A DNA stretch of 64,000 bases from Malacoraja senta (taxonomy: Eukaryota). Shown in pieces: positions 34,146 to 46,410 of this stretch (within the stretch, counting starts at the first letter, position 1; each line of letters opens with the position of its first letter). Below the pieces are notes generated by a model. The model was not told the origin of the DNA and searched no databases. It was given only the letters and a program-made list of their open reading frames with translations. A program made the translations under genes and the position numbers. Location of the stretch: positions 4,712,001-4,776,000 of the forward strand of contig CM075989.1 in assembly GCA_038087875.1 (NCBI GenBank), written 5' to 3'.

Positions 34146-37100
34146 TGTAGTAGCCATTTACCTTAACTCAGTATGTTATAACTATAATCAGTTGCCTTTA
34201 AATTTGATCTGCCTGTAATGATGTGGGTGGGATTTATACGTTGTCTGAGGTGTGTTTGCGGCTGGGCTTCTCGCGCAGACTCCCTAGTAGTTAGTTTAGT
34301 TTGATGAAAATTGGGGGAGAGGTCATAGCTGTCGACCATGCACGAGCATGACCACGATTGAATTGAAATGTACTCATACAAGAAGAAGTTTGGATGAATA
34401 TCTTACTCTTTTTACTACTACAATTAAGAAACTATTAATCAAGGGGCTGTGTTTGGAAGATTCATCTTTCGACGGCATTGAATGTCACATGGAGAGCTCG
34501 ATTATCTTCTGATCCTCTGTCTTCAATTAGTGACTAAAGGATTAAATCCTTGTAACGATATAAAAATCTTTCACTACAGTAGTCGAAAGCTACCTTACTA
34601 TCAGGAGGTTGAAGATTGGTCCCATAGAAGAGGGACAGAAGATTGGGCTGGATCTCTGTGGGAGATTACTGCCAGAAGAACTGGTTCCATAGAAGTGGAA
34701 CTGAAGACTGGTGCCATAGAAGAAGAACTGAAGAAGCTAGATCTCTGCCAGAGATTGGTTAAGAGCCTACCTACCAGTAGGTTAATGGACACAGCCACGC
34801 GACGTATCTGGAGATTGAAAACTTCACTGATTGAGAGCGTGAGTAATGAACAGCTATTGTATTGTGCTGTAAATTTGAAAGCTGGAAAGCTTTAATTTGA
34901 ACAGCTTCTTAATGAGATGCTGTGGAAAGTTTGACTAGTTCGCCGCATTTTAAAGTGAAAAAAAATAAACTTTGAAAAGCCTGTGAAGATTCTGCAAGGC
35001 CATTGGAATGTGTCTTGGGGCATAGTTGAAGATAAGAGATAGCTCCGAGCTATTGACCTTGAATTGCCTTGGAAAATAATTGGATGTTTTCTGAAAGTCC
35101 AGTTTTGTTTTGGATTCTTTCGGGTGTATATGGAACACTGCACCAGAATGAACGATTGCTATGGATTTATGCTCAACTATTGAATGTTTGTCAGTAAAGA
35201 CAGAAGCTGACAGAACAAGTCCTGTTTGTCCAATTAGCAGATTTGGCAGTCTCCAATTCATGGAGCAAGAAGAAGCAGGTAAGGCAGGCAATGGAGCACC
35301 ATTAGAGGGAGCCATGGGATCTTCAACAGGTAAGCCAGGTGAAGAAGAGCCACAGGGTAGAGACTCGAAATGGAAACAAGTTAACGAGTCAATTTAAATC
35401 TACAGGGAACTCATGTATCCTGATGGGCTAGAGAAATGGTTAGCTGGTTGATCAAAGGACCGCATGTGCTGCAGCAAGGGATGCTACGCGACAAGGTGTC
35501 GAAATCGAACAAGAAGTAATGCCACAAGATAGTATCTCAAACGTTTCAACACGAAGATCAAGACATAAGTCTGGTGCTGAAGCCAGTTAAATTTCAAGAG
35601 CCTCTGCTCGTATGGAAGCTGGAGCAACTGTGGCTGCTCTTTCGCTACAAGTTGCCGCCTTGGTGAGAAAGCATGAGATTGAAGCACAGGAAGAACAGTT
35701 GGAACAGGCTGAGGCACGTGCGGAACAGATGAGGGCTGAGGCACGTGCAGAACTGACAAAGAGAGAAGTTGCGGAACAAAGAAGGCAGTTAAAGAGAGAG
35801 AAGGAATAGTTGGAACTGGATACAAAGTTGGAAGAAGCCAGGAAGAAGGTTGCGATACTGGAGAGCCAAGGTTCAAGAAGCGGCTCTAAATTATCTGATC
35901 GGATGAGCTCTTATTTGAGAAAAGGAACTGCTCAAAGGAAAACAGCAGCTGAATTAAATCTACAGCCACCAGAGGAACACTGGTCTCGTCATTCAAAGCT
36001 AGCGCTGAGTAAGTGGATGGTCGATAAAGCTCCATCTCAACCACAGGTAGTTAAACCAAAGCAAATAACCTTTGGATCATCTGTTAAGGCTCGTGATATG
36101 ACCTACGCAACAGCACTCTTTTCAGAGGCCTGATACATAGGCTCGAGCAAGCCAAGATTGGCCGATGCCTGTTTATGATACATTGGTGCCTACCTGGGAA
36201 GAGCAACTAGCCAAGGGACTTGTGACAAAACTTATCCAGACCAGTACTCTTCTCAGAGGCCTGTTTACCGTTCCTCTGAGTCCAAGGAGGGGTTTAGAGA
36301 AGAAATCTGGGATTTGATGTGGAATCAAATGAGAATTAGCGAATCTCTAGCTCAACATAATATCTCTTCCACTTTACCTCCAACAGAAATTCCTAAGTTT
36401 GATGGTGATCCTTTGCAATATGAAACTTTCATAGACCAGTTCGAGGATGGAGTGGAAATGAAACTATTAATGAAAGGGATCGCTTACGAATTCTGGAGCA
36501 TTACACAAGCGGATATCCAAACCAGCTTGTTGGAAGTTCTCGGAATTTGCCTGCCGGTGAGGGCTATCGACGGCAAGAAAATTGTTTAGAGAACAGTTTT
36601 GGTAATGAGCACCAGATCGCCAATGCATGCATGAAGAAGGCCTATGCTTGGACAGCTATCTACCTAGAAGACGCAAAAGCATTGCGGGAGTTTGCGATAT
36701 TTCTTAGAAGTTGTTGTAGCTCAATGAGACATCTCAGCCACATGAAAGAAATTAATGTTGTTAGCAGGTCTGGCCTTAAGCCAATTGGACCAATTGCTCC
36801 CAATTGGGCCCCGCGCCTAAGGGGGCCCCGCGCCTGAGTAATCTATTCTCGGCTCGGGTGGGGGGGGGAGAGAGGGGTGGAGAGAAAGTAGAGGGGTGGA
36901 GGGGAAAGAAAGGAGTAGACAGGGAAGGGGGTGTGACGTCTGAAGGGGAATGGAGAAGGGGTAGGTGGGTCATCCCTCACGGTCCCGGGGCAGCGCTCCT
37001 GCCCCCTCCAGTTGCCGTGCTTCACGCACACAGCCCCGGCTCCCCCCCTCACTCTCCCCGGGGAGACGTGCTGAACAATACAGGGAGGGCCTGGCCGGGG

Positions 37101-37713
37101 GTTGGAGCAACGTTTACAAACATCAGCCTCAGCTCACACATCCGCCCGGACCCCGGCATCTGCTCCTGCCACCGGCACCCTCCCTCCCTTCATCCCTTCC
37201 CTCCCTCCCTTCCTTCCCTCCCTTCCCTTCTTCTCTCCCTCCCTTCTCTCCTTCCCTCCCTCCTTCCTCTCTCTCTTTTCCCTTCTTTCCTTCCTTCCCC
37301 CCCTTCTTTCTCTACTTCCCTCACTCCCATCTCGCCTTTCTCCTTTCTCTCCCTCCCACCCTTCTCTCCTTCCCTCCCACACACACACACACATAACGCA
37401 CAGACAACTAAAACACACACATCACCGCACAGATAACAAACACACACACAAATAACACACACACACACACACAACTAAGTTAGGATGGGGTAGAAGCCCA
37501 AAGGGTAGGATGGGGCTGAAGCCCAAAATTTAATGCCTGGACTGTTTTTTCGCCAATAGTTATTGGTTTTCCAGGATCTAGTTAATTAAATTACTTTTTA
37601 AAAATTTCACAGTCACTGAAACAAGTGGTATTGTAACTATGTACTTTTCAGAGGTGATCTACACATTTTGTTTGTTATTTGTAGGCTTACATGTATGCAA
37701 TTTTATATTAAAA

Positions 37714-38103
37714 CTAGACTAAGTGGGACCCGTTGGGTCCCAGCTTCACATGCGAGGGGGAGGGAGTGCAGTGGAGAGATACGGTTTTTTTTGCCTTCCA
37801 TCACAGCGCTGTGATGGATGTATGTGTAAATTGTGTTTTGTCTCGGGTCTTCTTCGTTTTGTAATGTATGGCTGCAGAAACGACATTTCGTTTGGACCTC
37901 AACGGGGTCCAAATGACAAATTTGTCCAAAAGACAAATAAATTGTATTGTATTGTATTGGTCCCCCAACGCAATATTCCACCTCCCCACCAATTCCAATA
38001 TTGCTGGCCAGAGGTGGGGGGGTGGGGGCTGGTTTCCAGAGGGCTAGTATGGACATTGTGGGCCGAATGGATTCTTGGGCTGGCAGCTCAGTCACTGAGA
38101 CCA

Positions 38104-38181
<78 letters not shown>

Positions 38182-40265
38182 CACTAACACACACACACAA
38201 ACATACTCACACACACATGCACTCACAAACACATACACACAAAATCACTGACTCACACACCATATATATGGTACTTCGGATCTGTCTTCATATATATGGT
38301 ACTTCAGATCTGTCTTCACTAAGGAAGACACAAACAATCTCCCAGAAGTACTGGAGGACAGAGGAACTAAGTGGGTAGAGGAACTGAACGAAATTTTCAT
38401 TAGACGAGAAATAGTATTTGGTAGGCTAATGGGACTGAAAGATGATAAATCCCCTGGGCCTGATGGTCTGCATCCCAGGGTCCTCAGGGAGGTGGCTCTA
38501 GAAATAGTGGATGCATTGGTGATCATTTTCCAATGTTCAATAGACCAGGATCAGTTCCTGTGGATTGGAGGATAGCTACTGTTATCCCACTTTTCAAGAA
38601 AGGAGCGAGAGAGAAAACGAGGAATTACAGACCAATTAGCCTGACCGGTGGTGGGAAAGATGCTGGAGTCAATTATTAAAGAGGTAATAATGGGGCATTT
38701 GGATAGCAGTAAAAGGATTAGTCCAAGTCAGCATGGATTTATGAAAGGAAAATCATTCTTGACTAATCTTCTGGAATTTTTGAGGATGTGACAAGTAAAA
38801 TGGATGAAGGGGAGCCAGTGGATGTAGTGTATCTAGACTTTCAGAAAGCATTTGATAAGGTCCCGCACGGGAGACTGGTGACTAAAATTAGAGCACATTG
38901 CATTGCGGGTACGGTGTTGACGTGGATATAAAATTGGTTGGCAGACAGGAAGCAAAGAGTAGGAGTGAACGGGTCCTTTTCAGAATGGCAGGCAGTGGCG
39001 AGTGGAGTGCCTCAAGGCTCAGTGTTGGGGCCGCAACTGTTTACCATATATATTAATGATTTGGAAGAGGGAATTAGGAGCAACATTAGCAAGTTTGCGG
39101 ATGACACAAAGCTGGGTGGCAGTGTGGACTGTGAAGAGGATGTTAGGAGGTTGCAGGCTAACCTGGACATGTTGAGTGAGTGGGCAGATGCATGGCAGAT
39201 GCAGTATAATATAGATAAATGTGAGGTTATCCACTTTGGCGGCAAAAACGAGGGGGCAGATTATTATCTCAATGGGGTTAGGTTAGGTAAGGGGGAGGTT
39301 TAGCGAGACCTGGGTGACCTTGTACTGGGTCACTGAAAGTTGGTGTGCAGGTACAGCAGGCAGTGATGAAAGCTAATACAATGTTGGCCTTCATAACAAG
39401 AGGATTTCAATATAGGAGTAAAGATGTTCTTCTGCAGTTGTATAGGGCTCTGGTAAGACCACATCTGGAGTATTGTGCACAGTTTTGGTCTCCTAATTTG
39501 AGGAAGGACATCCTCGTGATTGAGGCAGTGCAGCGTAGGTTCACGAGATTAATCCCTGGGATGGCGGGACTGTCTTATGAGGAAAGATTGAAAAGACTAG
39601 GCTTGAATTCACTGGAGTTTAGAAGGATGAGGGGGTATCTTATAGAAAGGACTGGACAAGCAAGATGCAGGAAAAAATTTCCGAATGTTTTCCCAAAATT
39701 TTCCCAACCTGTCCACTAAGCGGAAGTCACGAAATGAGCGGGACTTTTGAACCAAACACAGTCGGATCTAATAAAGCATTTATTCCTTCCAAACACATTT
39801 GGACCTAATAAAGCATTGCAGTTTCAAGCACAGGCAGGGTAGCAGGCCAAACAAATCATGGCATTGTCATTATGGGTTAACAAATCATTTATTGCAAGTA
39901 CATTGCAGACTCACAGTTCAGTTGATTCACAGCTCAGAATGAGAGTCGTGGCCTCTCCCTCGTGATCTGACAGAGTGACTGAGTCACGTCCAGGCATCCG
40001 GGGTTTTATAGTCCTGCCCCCCCCCCCCCCGGAAGGGGCGTTACCTTCATCACGATGATTGACAGGCGAGAGGATCTCAAGGTTTTTTAAACACTCATAA
40101 CTTTTTTATTTTTCATCGATGGGAAAAATCCTCGGGGCCTGCTCAGCGGAGGAGGACTGTGAGTAAGATGGCCAAAAATCATAGCGATATATGGTAGCGT
40201 TTTTTCTAAAAGCAATATACAGCACAGACAGGTAGTGGTCAAGATGAGACTTTTAATTATATAGA
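37714..40265 (-). mobile_element. Non-autonomous Helitron containing a CR1 fragment
   Basis: Minus strand 5' A|TCTATATAATTAAAAGTCTCATCTTG and 3' GGGACCC-AAC-GGGTCCC-ACTTAGT-CTAG|T. No TSD. Confidence 0.8.
38300..39690 (+). mobile_element. CR1 RT fragment (second subfamily)
   Basis: KSPGPDGLHPRVL, PQGSVLGP, KFADDTKL, VRPHLEYC, with stops and frameshifts. Confidence 0.93.
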
Positions 40266-40494
40266 TGTAGCTTAGATGTGCTTGGTCCATTAACTCGCAG
40301 GCACTTTTTAAGCGCACATTTTGATTACCTTCTATTCTACCATAGAGATATAAAGTCTATAATAGACTTTATTTATATTTCTATGATTCTACAGATCTTC
40401 GCTGGGAACCTGGGGCTCACCAAAATAGTTCCCATTGGGCCCCACACCTCCTTAGTATTCTTGGGGGTGACCACTAGGTGATTTTGCTACCAAT

Positions 40495-40720
40495 CAGACA
40501 CATCTTCAGTTGTGCACCTCAACGTCACTGGGTGTATCGGCCTTTTATCACAAGACACACTCAGTCGAGGCAGGCACACCACATGGTGATCAGCCCTGGG
40601 TGTGTGTTTTATGGTTAGCCTCTAGATGGTCACATGGCAGCCCAGACACCATCTTTACTCTTCAGCCACAGCCAGTGACTGCTCCATTCGGCTTTTTTCC
40701 TTCCATCTTCCTCTCTCCCG
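40495..40720 (-). mobile_element. Hero-like (restriction-endonuclease-type non-LTR) 3' fragment
   Basis: Minus strand KAEWSSHWLWLKSKDGVWAAM*, then a 3' UTR resembling fish Hero elements as I recall them. Confidence 0.55.
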
Positions 40721-41209
40721 CTGACTGTGGCTGGTTGGGCTCTGGACTCGTGTCCGTTGGTGGGACAGTACTTGGTTGAGCTTCGCCTGGGGTGCTGATA
40801 CCCTGTGGACTGTGGTGGTTAACCTGCCACTAGGCTTCACTCGACTGATTTGGCCTACCTCTTAGAAAGTAATGGTCAATGCGAGGCCCCACACCAAGCT
40901 CTCCCAGCAGTGTTATCACCAAGTCGTGCGAATTTCGCATTAAGAAAGGCCGCCGATGATAATAAAGCCTACTTTCCAGAGAAGGCGGTAAACACTGTGA
41001 AGAATAATTTCTATGTGGATGATTGCTTAAAACCCATGTCTACGGAGCAGGAAGCAATTCAAATGGTAAAACATCTGACTTCCCTCTGCAATTATGGAGG
41101 ATTCACGCTTTCCAATTGGATCAGCAACAGACATGTTGTATTGGAAAGCATTCCACCAGATGATAGAGCCAAGGAGACCAGGGAGTTGGATTTGGACAAA
41201 TCTGTTTCA

Positions 41210-44200
41210 TAATTCGAAACAAGGTTTTCTCCCACCTGCAGGTGGGCCACTTGTAACAGTGTCGACTATATTAGACACTGTATTTTCACTTTTTAAATTT
41301 TTTTTAAATTATCACATAAACTCACATGTTTGTGTTTTGTGTTTAGTGATAAGCGTAAAAGGGATATACCAAAAAAACTTAGAAATTCAAAAGTTCCCCC
41401 AATACCCAAAGACCTGGGATATGGATGCACCACAAGATTTAAAGGTACTATAATTATTCAAAATGCAAGATGCTAAGCAAAAGAACCTAGGAGGAGTCTC
41501 ATTCTGTAGTTGGAATATAAGAGGTATTAACGAACCTATTAAAAGGGGTAAGATACTAGCTCAGCTGAAACTGTACAACTCTGACATTATCTTCTTACAA
41601 GAAACTCATCTAAAATCTCATGATCAAGCTAGGTTGAGGGCGAAATGGATAGGTCAAACATACCATTCTTCATTAACTTCGAAATCTAGAGGTACGTCAA
41701 TCATTATAAGAAAAGGTATACCATTTAAAGCAAAGAATACCATAACAGACATCGAAGAGAGATACTTAATAGTTAATGGAGAAATTCATGATACTCCAAT
41801 TACCTTGGTAAATATATACGGGCCTAACTTTGACAACCCTCATTTTTAAAATAAAATTCTGAACATAATCGCAGAGTCTAACTATCAAAATGTTATAATA
41901 GGAGGAGACTTTAACTGTGTTTTAGATCCGTATTTAGATAAATCAAGCCAAAAACAGAGAGGGAATACGAAATCTAAAACCGGTGAACTTTTCAATACTT
42001 ATATAAACAATACTAATATAGCAGATGTTTGGAGAATTGTTAATCCAACTGGCAGGGAATACTCGTTTTATTCAATGGTACACAAAACATACTCACATAT
42101 AGATTATTTCCTGGTGGATACAAAATTAATCCCTCATACTTTTAACCCAACATACCATACAAATTCGATTTCAGACCATTCACCACTAACTTTCTTTTTA
42201 AAACTGGAAGGAATGTCTAAGAATAAACCGTTCTGGAGATTTAATTCTCACATCCTAAAAGATCCACACACGAGTATATATTTAAAAGAACAAACGGATG
42301 CCTTTTTTGAAATAAATGACACTCCAGACATATTGCCTACTGTATTATGGGAATCTTTTAAAGCATACATTAGAGGTATTATAATTTCATATCAAGCTTT
42401 TCAAAATAAAAAGAATAAGAATGAACAAAAACAGTTAGAGGAACTTATTAGACAAATGGATATAGATAATGCTAAAGATCCATCAATAGATAAACATAAT
42501 AAAATAATAATTTTGAAATTTAAATTAAATAAACTATTATCAGCCAAACTGATAAGACTTTTTCAAATTACAAAACAAGAGCACTTTGAATTTGGGGATA
42601 AACCGCATAAACTTTTGGCTCGCCAGCTAAAAAAACGAGAAAAAGAACATACGATCCCAAAGATTAAATCAGATAGAGGGGAATTATTAACCATACCGAA
42701 GGACATTAATAAAAGATTTGCGCAATTTTATGAGAATTTGTATACATCTAAAACGATAACTGACTCCAATAAAATTACAGAGTTTTTGGATAATTGTAAT
42801 CTTCCAAAGTTGGAGTTGAAGGAACAAGAGGAATTGGGAGCACAAATCTCAATTAAGGAATTAGAAGATACAATAAACTCACTAAAGAATGGAAAAACAC
42901 CAGGTCCTGATGGATTTACTAATGAATTTTATAAAAGCTTCTATGACAAAATTATACCAAGATTACAAAAAATGTACCAATATGCTTTTAAAAAACAAAT
43001 ACTACCTGATACATTAGCGGAATCAACGATTACACTAATACTTAAGAAAGACAAAGATATAGAAGAACCGGGTTCATATAGAGCTATAGCATTGTTAAAC
43101 ACAGATCAAAAAATATTAGCGAAAACATTAGCTAGAAGATTAAGTAAATATATTAGTAAACTAATAAACCCAGATCAGACGGGGTTTATCCCTAAGAGAT
43201 ATTCATCTAACAATATGAGACGTTTACTTAACATAATGCACTCACATAAATCTGAAGAACAAGAATTATCAATTATTTCGCTGGATGCTGAAAAAGCATT
43301 TGACCAAGTAGAATGGAATTATATGGATAAAGTATTACAAAAATTCCAACTGGGAGAGAATTTTATTCTATGGATTAAATTATTATATAATAAACCTACA
43401 GCTAGAATATTAACTAATAACATATTATCCTCGAAATTTCAACTATCAAGGGGAAATAGACAAGGATGCTCATTATCACCACAGTTGTTTGCTCTTATTA
43501 TTGAACCGTTAGCTGAAAAAATTAGAATACATCCTGATATCCATGGGTATAATACTAAATATTCAAATAATAAAATATCTCTATACGCGGATGATATATT
43601 ACTGTACATTACAAAACCTCAAATCACTATACCAAATATATTAAATTTAATTGAAGACTTTGGATCTTTTTCTGGATACAGAATAAATTGGAATAAAAGT
43701 GAAATTATGTCAATAAAACCGAAAGACTCAACACATCTTTTAAAATTCCCTTTTAAAATAGCTACAGAAAAATTTAAATACTTGGGAATCGAAATTACTA
43801 GAACATATCAAGGTATGTTTAAAGCAAATTTTGATCCTCTACTTAATAAATTAAACACACTAATTAAATTTTGGAAAACGCTCCCGATGTCTTTAATAGG
43901 CCGAATAAATGCAATAAAAATTATCTTTCTACCACAAATGTTATACCTATTTCAATCGATTCCTATATACCTACCAAAGAAGTTTTTTTTTAAATTGGAC
44001 TCATATATCACTAATTTTATATGGGACTATAAATCACATAGAATACAAAAAACTCACTTGAACAAACCTAAAGTATTAGGGGGCTTAGCACTACCTAATT
44101 TCATGTATTATTATTGGTCAGTAAATATTAAAAAATATCATTCAACTGATGGATAACTCTGCCCAGCAAGTGGACTGGATTGTAATGGAGAGAGAGGATT

Positions 44201-45660
44201 GCTCCTCTGGAAACATTGGAGCGATCCTCCTCTCACCAATGAAACTGAATAACATAAATTATAATAAGAACCCAATTATGCATAGCACAATCAGAATTTG
44301 GAAACAAATAAAACAAAATTTAAAATTAAGAAATTTATCACTTTTATCTCCCATAGTTAATAATCCTTCGTTTAATCCCTCTATTATAGATAAATCTTTC
44401 ACACACTGGGATAGACAAGGAATTAAAACGTTCGGTGACCTGTATGAAACTGGAAAATTACTTTCATTTCAACAATTACAAATAAAATATAAACTCGGAA
44501 ATAATCAATATTTTAAATATTTTCAAATATGCGACTATTTGAAAAAATATACAAAAGATCATTATAATAGCCCAGCAGATGTATTGGATGATGCAATGCA
44601 GATAAAAGCTGAATCAGCAAACTTAATATCATATTTGTATAATATTATCTTAAATGTAGAAATACCATCTACGGAGGGTATCAGAAGAGACTGGGAACAA
44701 GAATTAGCTATTAAAATTTCAAAGGAAAGGTGGAATGAACACTTATTAAACGTGCATAAATGTTCGATTAATGTAAGACACACTTTAATACAATTTAAAA
44801 TTCTACATAGATTATATTATTCCAAAACTAAAATCCATAACATTTTCCCAAAATGTATCATCCATTTGTGATAAATGTCAATCTCAAGAAGCTACTATAG
44901 CGCACTCATTTGTTTTCTGTACAAAAATTCAAAAATTTTGGATTGAAATTTTTGAAATCTTTACAAAATTATTTAAAATAAAACTGATACCCAAAGCAGA
45001 ATGGATTATCTTCGGAATAATGGAAAATGGTCCAGAACTAAATGTGTTCCAAAAGAAACTAATAGACTATGGGTTAATAACTGGACAAAAGCTAATCCTA
45101 AAATTTTGGAAAAACGCTCCAATACCAACTATAAACATGTGGATTTCAAATATGTTCGAAACATTACACCTAGAAGAGATAAGACTCCTCCTGGCAGGTA
45201 AACCAGATCACTTCCACCTGACGTGGTCTGCATTTATAGAATTATTACAAATATAGGGTGCAAAAGTACCTTAAAAAAAAACTGAGGTCAGGTAAGGGGG
45301 GATGAAAGTTGGAGAGTTGGTATGTCCCATTTGCGTGATGCTTATAAAAACTATTTGTTTTTCTCTTTTCCCTCTTTCTCTTCTTCTTTTCTAGGGTCTA
45401 TTTCTTAACTCTTTTTCTTTTGTTTTTAATTTTATTCTTATAGGGTCTTCGTTCTTTCTTGTTGTCACATTTTTTACACTTTCACCTTTTCCTTCACTTT
45501 CTTCTTTCTCTCAATCTCATCCTTTCCCTTTATTAGTGTAAAAAACAAACGGAGTACATTAATTGTAAGAAGATATATGTGACGAGTACTAATGTATGTG
45601 GTTGTAATGTAATCTACTTCTAATAAATAAAAAATAAAAAAAATAAAAATAATAAAAATA
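41210..45660 (+). mobile_element. L1-clade LINE, 5'-truncated (spacer, near-complete ORF2 41463-45256, 3' UTR, A-rich tail)
   Basis: SWNIRGIN, LQETH, NIYGPN, GGDFN, IDYF, SDHSP, KTPGPDGF, SLDAEKAFD, RQGCSLSP, LYADD, and a C-terminal C..C...H...C motif. About three frame breaks. Confidence 0.95.
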
Positions 45661-45945
45661 TCTAAGACTGGAAAATGATGACGATGAAGTACATGTTGCA
45701 TTCTTAATGGGAAACGCCAGAGTGGCACCATTGAAGCAAATAACAATTCCCAAAATGGAACTTACTGCCGCAGTCTTAGCTGTTAAAGTTGATATAATGC
45801 TGCAAAAAGAACTACAGCTTCAACGGGAAGAATCTATCTTCTGGACTGATAGTACTACGGTGCTTAAATACTTGAACAATGAGAACAAACGTTTTTTGAC
45901 AATTGTAGCAAACAGAATCTCTTTTGTACTGGGAGCTACTAATGT

Positions 45946-46410
45946 ACTTTTTTATTTTATTATTTTATTCTTTATTTCAAACAGAATAGAAGAATAAAAA
46001 GCAAGTGCGAAACAGCATAAAAAAACAAAAAACAAAACAAGAATATTTATAAAGTGTCATAAACAATATTTATAAATAAATGAAATTGTATGTTTCTGAA
46101 AAGGAGCAGGAAGAAGCCAAAGCTTATTAATTCCCACCCCTTATTCAACTGCTTATAATTTTCTTATACAAATTTAGCAGCTATATGTACACCATATGTA
46201 CACCAGCAGCTATATGTACACCAAATTATTTACATTTATACACTAATCAAATATTTACAAAGCCACACAAAAAAGAGAGAAAAATAGAAAAAAGAAAAAT
46301 CCCTCATATACAATACAGTATCTCTTAGTCATATATACAACCCATCACCCAAGAATCACCCTTCCCAATACAATCAGTATAACAAATATCCCACTCACAA
46401 TCACCTATCC
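45946..46410 (-). mobile_element. LINE 3' UTR and poly(A) tail fragment (L1-like) inserted in BEL pol
   Basis: T-rich start on the plus strand. Splits the BEL peptide GATNV|SQWKYVNT. Confidence 0.6.

Larger units (their letters stand above)
36765..40455. mobile_element. hAT-like MITE (right end incomplete)
   Basis: Starts CAGGTCTGGCCTTAAG with GGGCCCC subterminal motifs at both ends, and interrupts BEL gag. TSD not recoverable. Confidence 0.55.
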
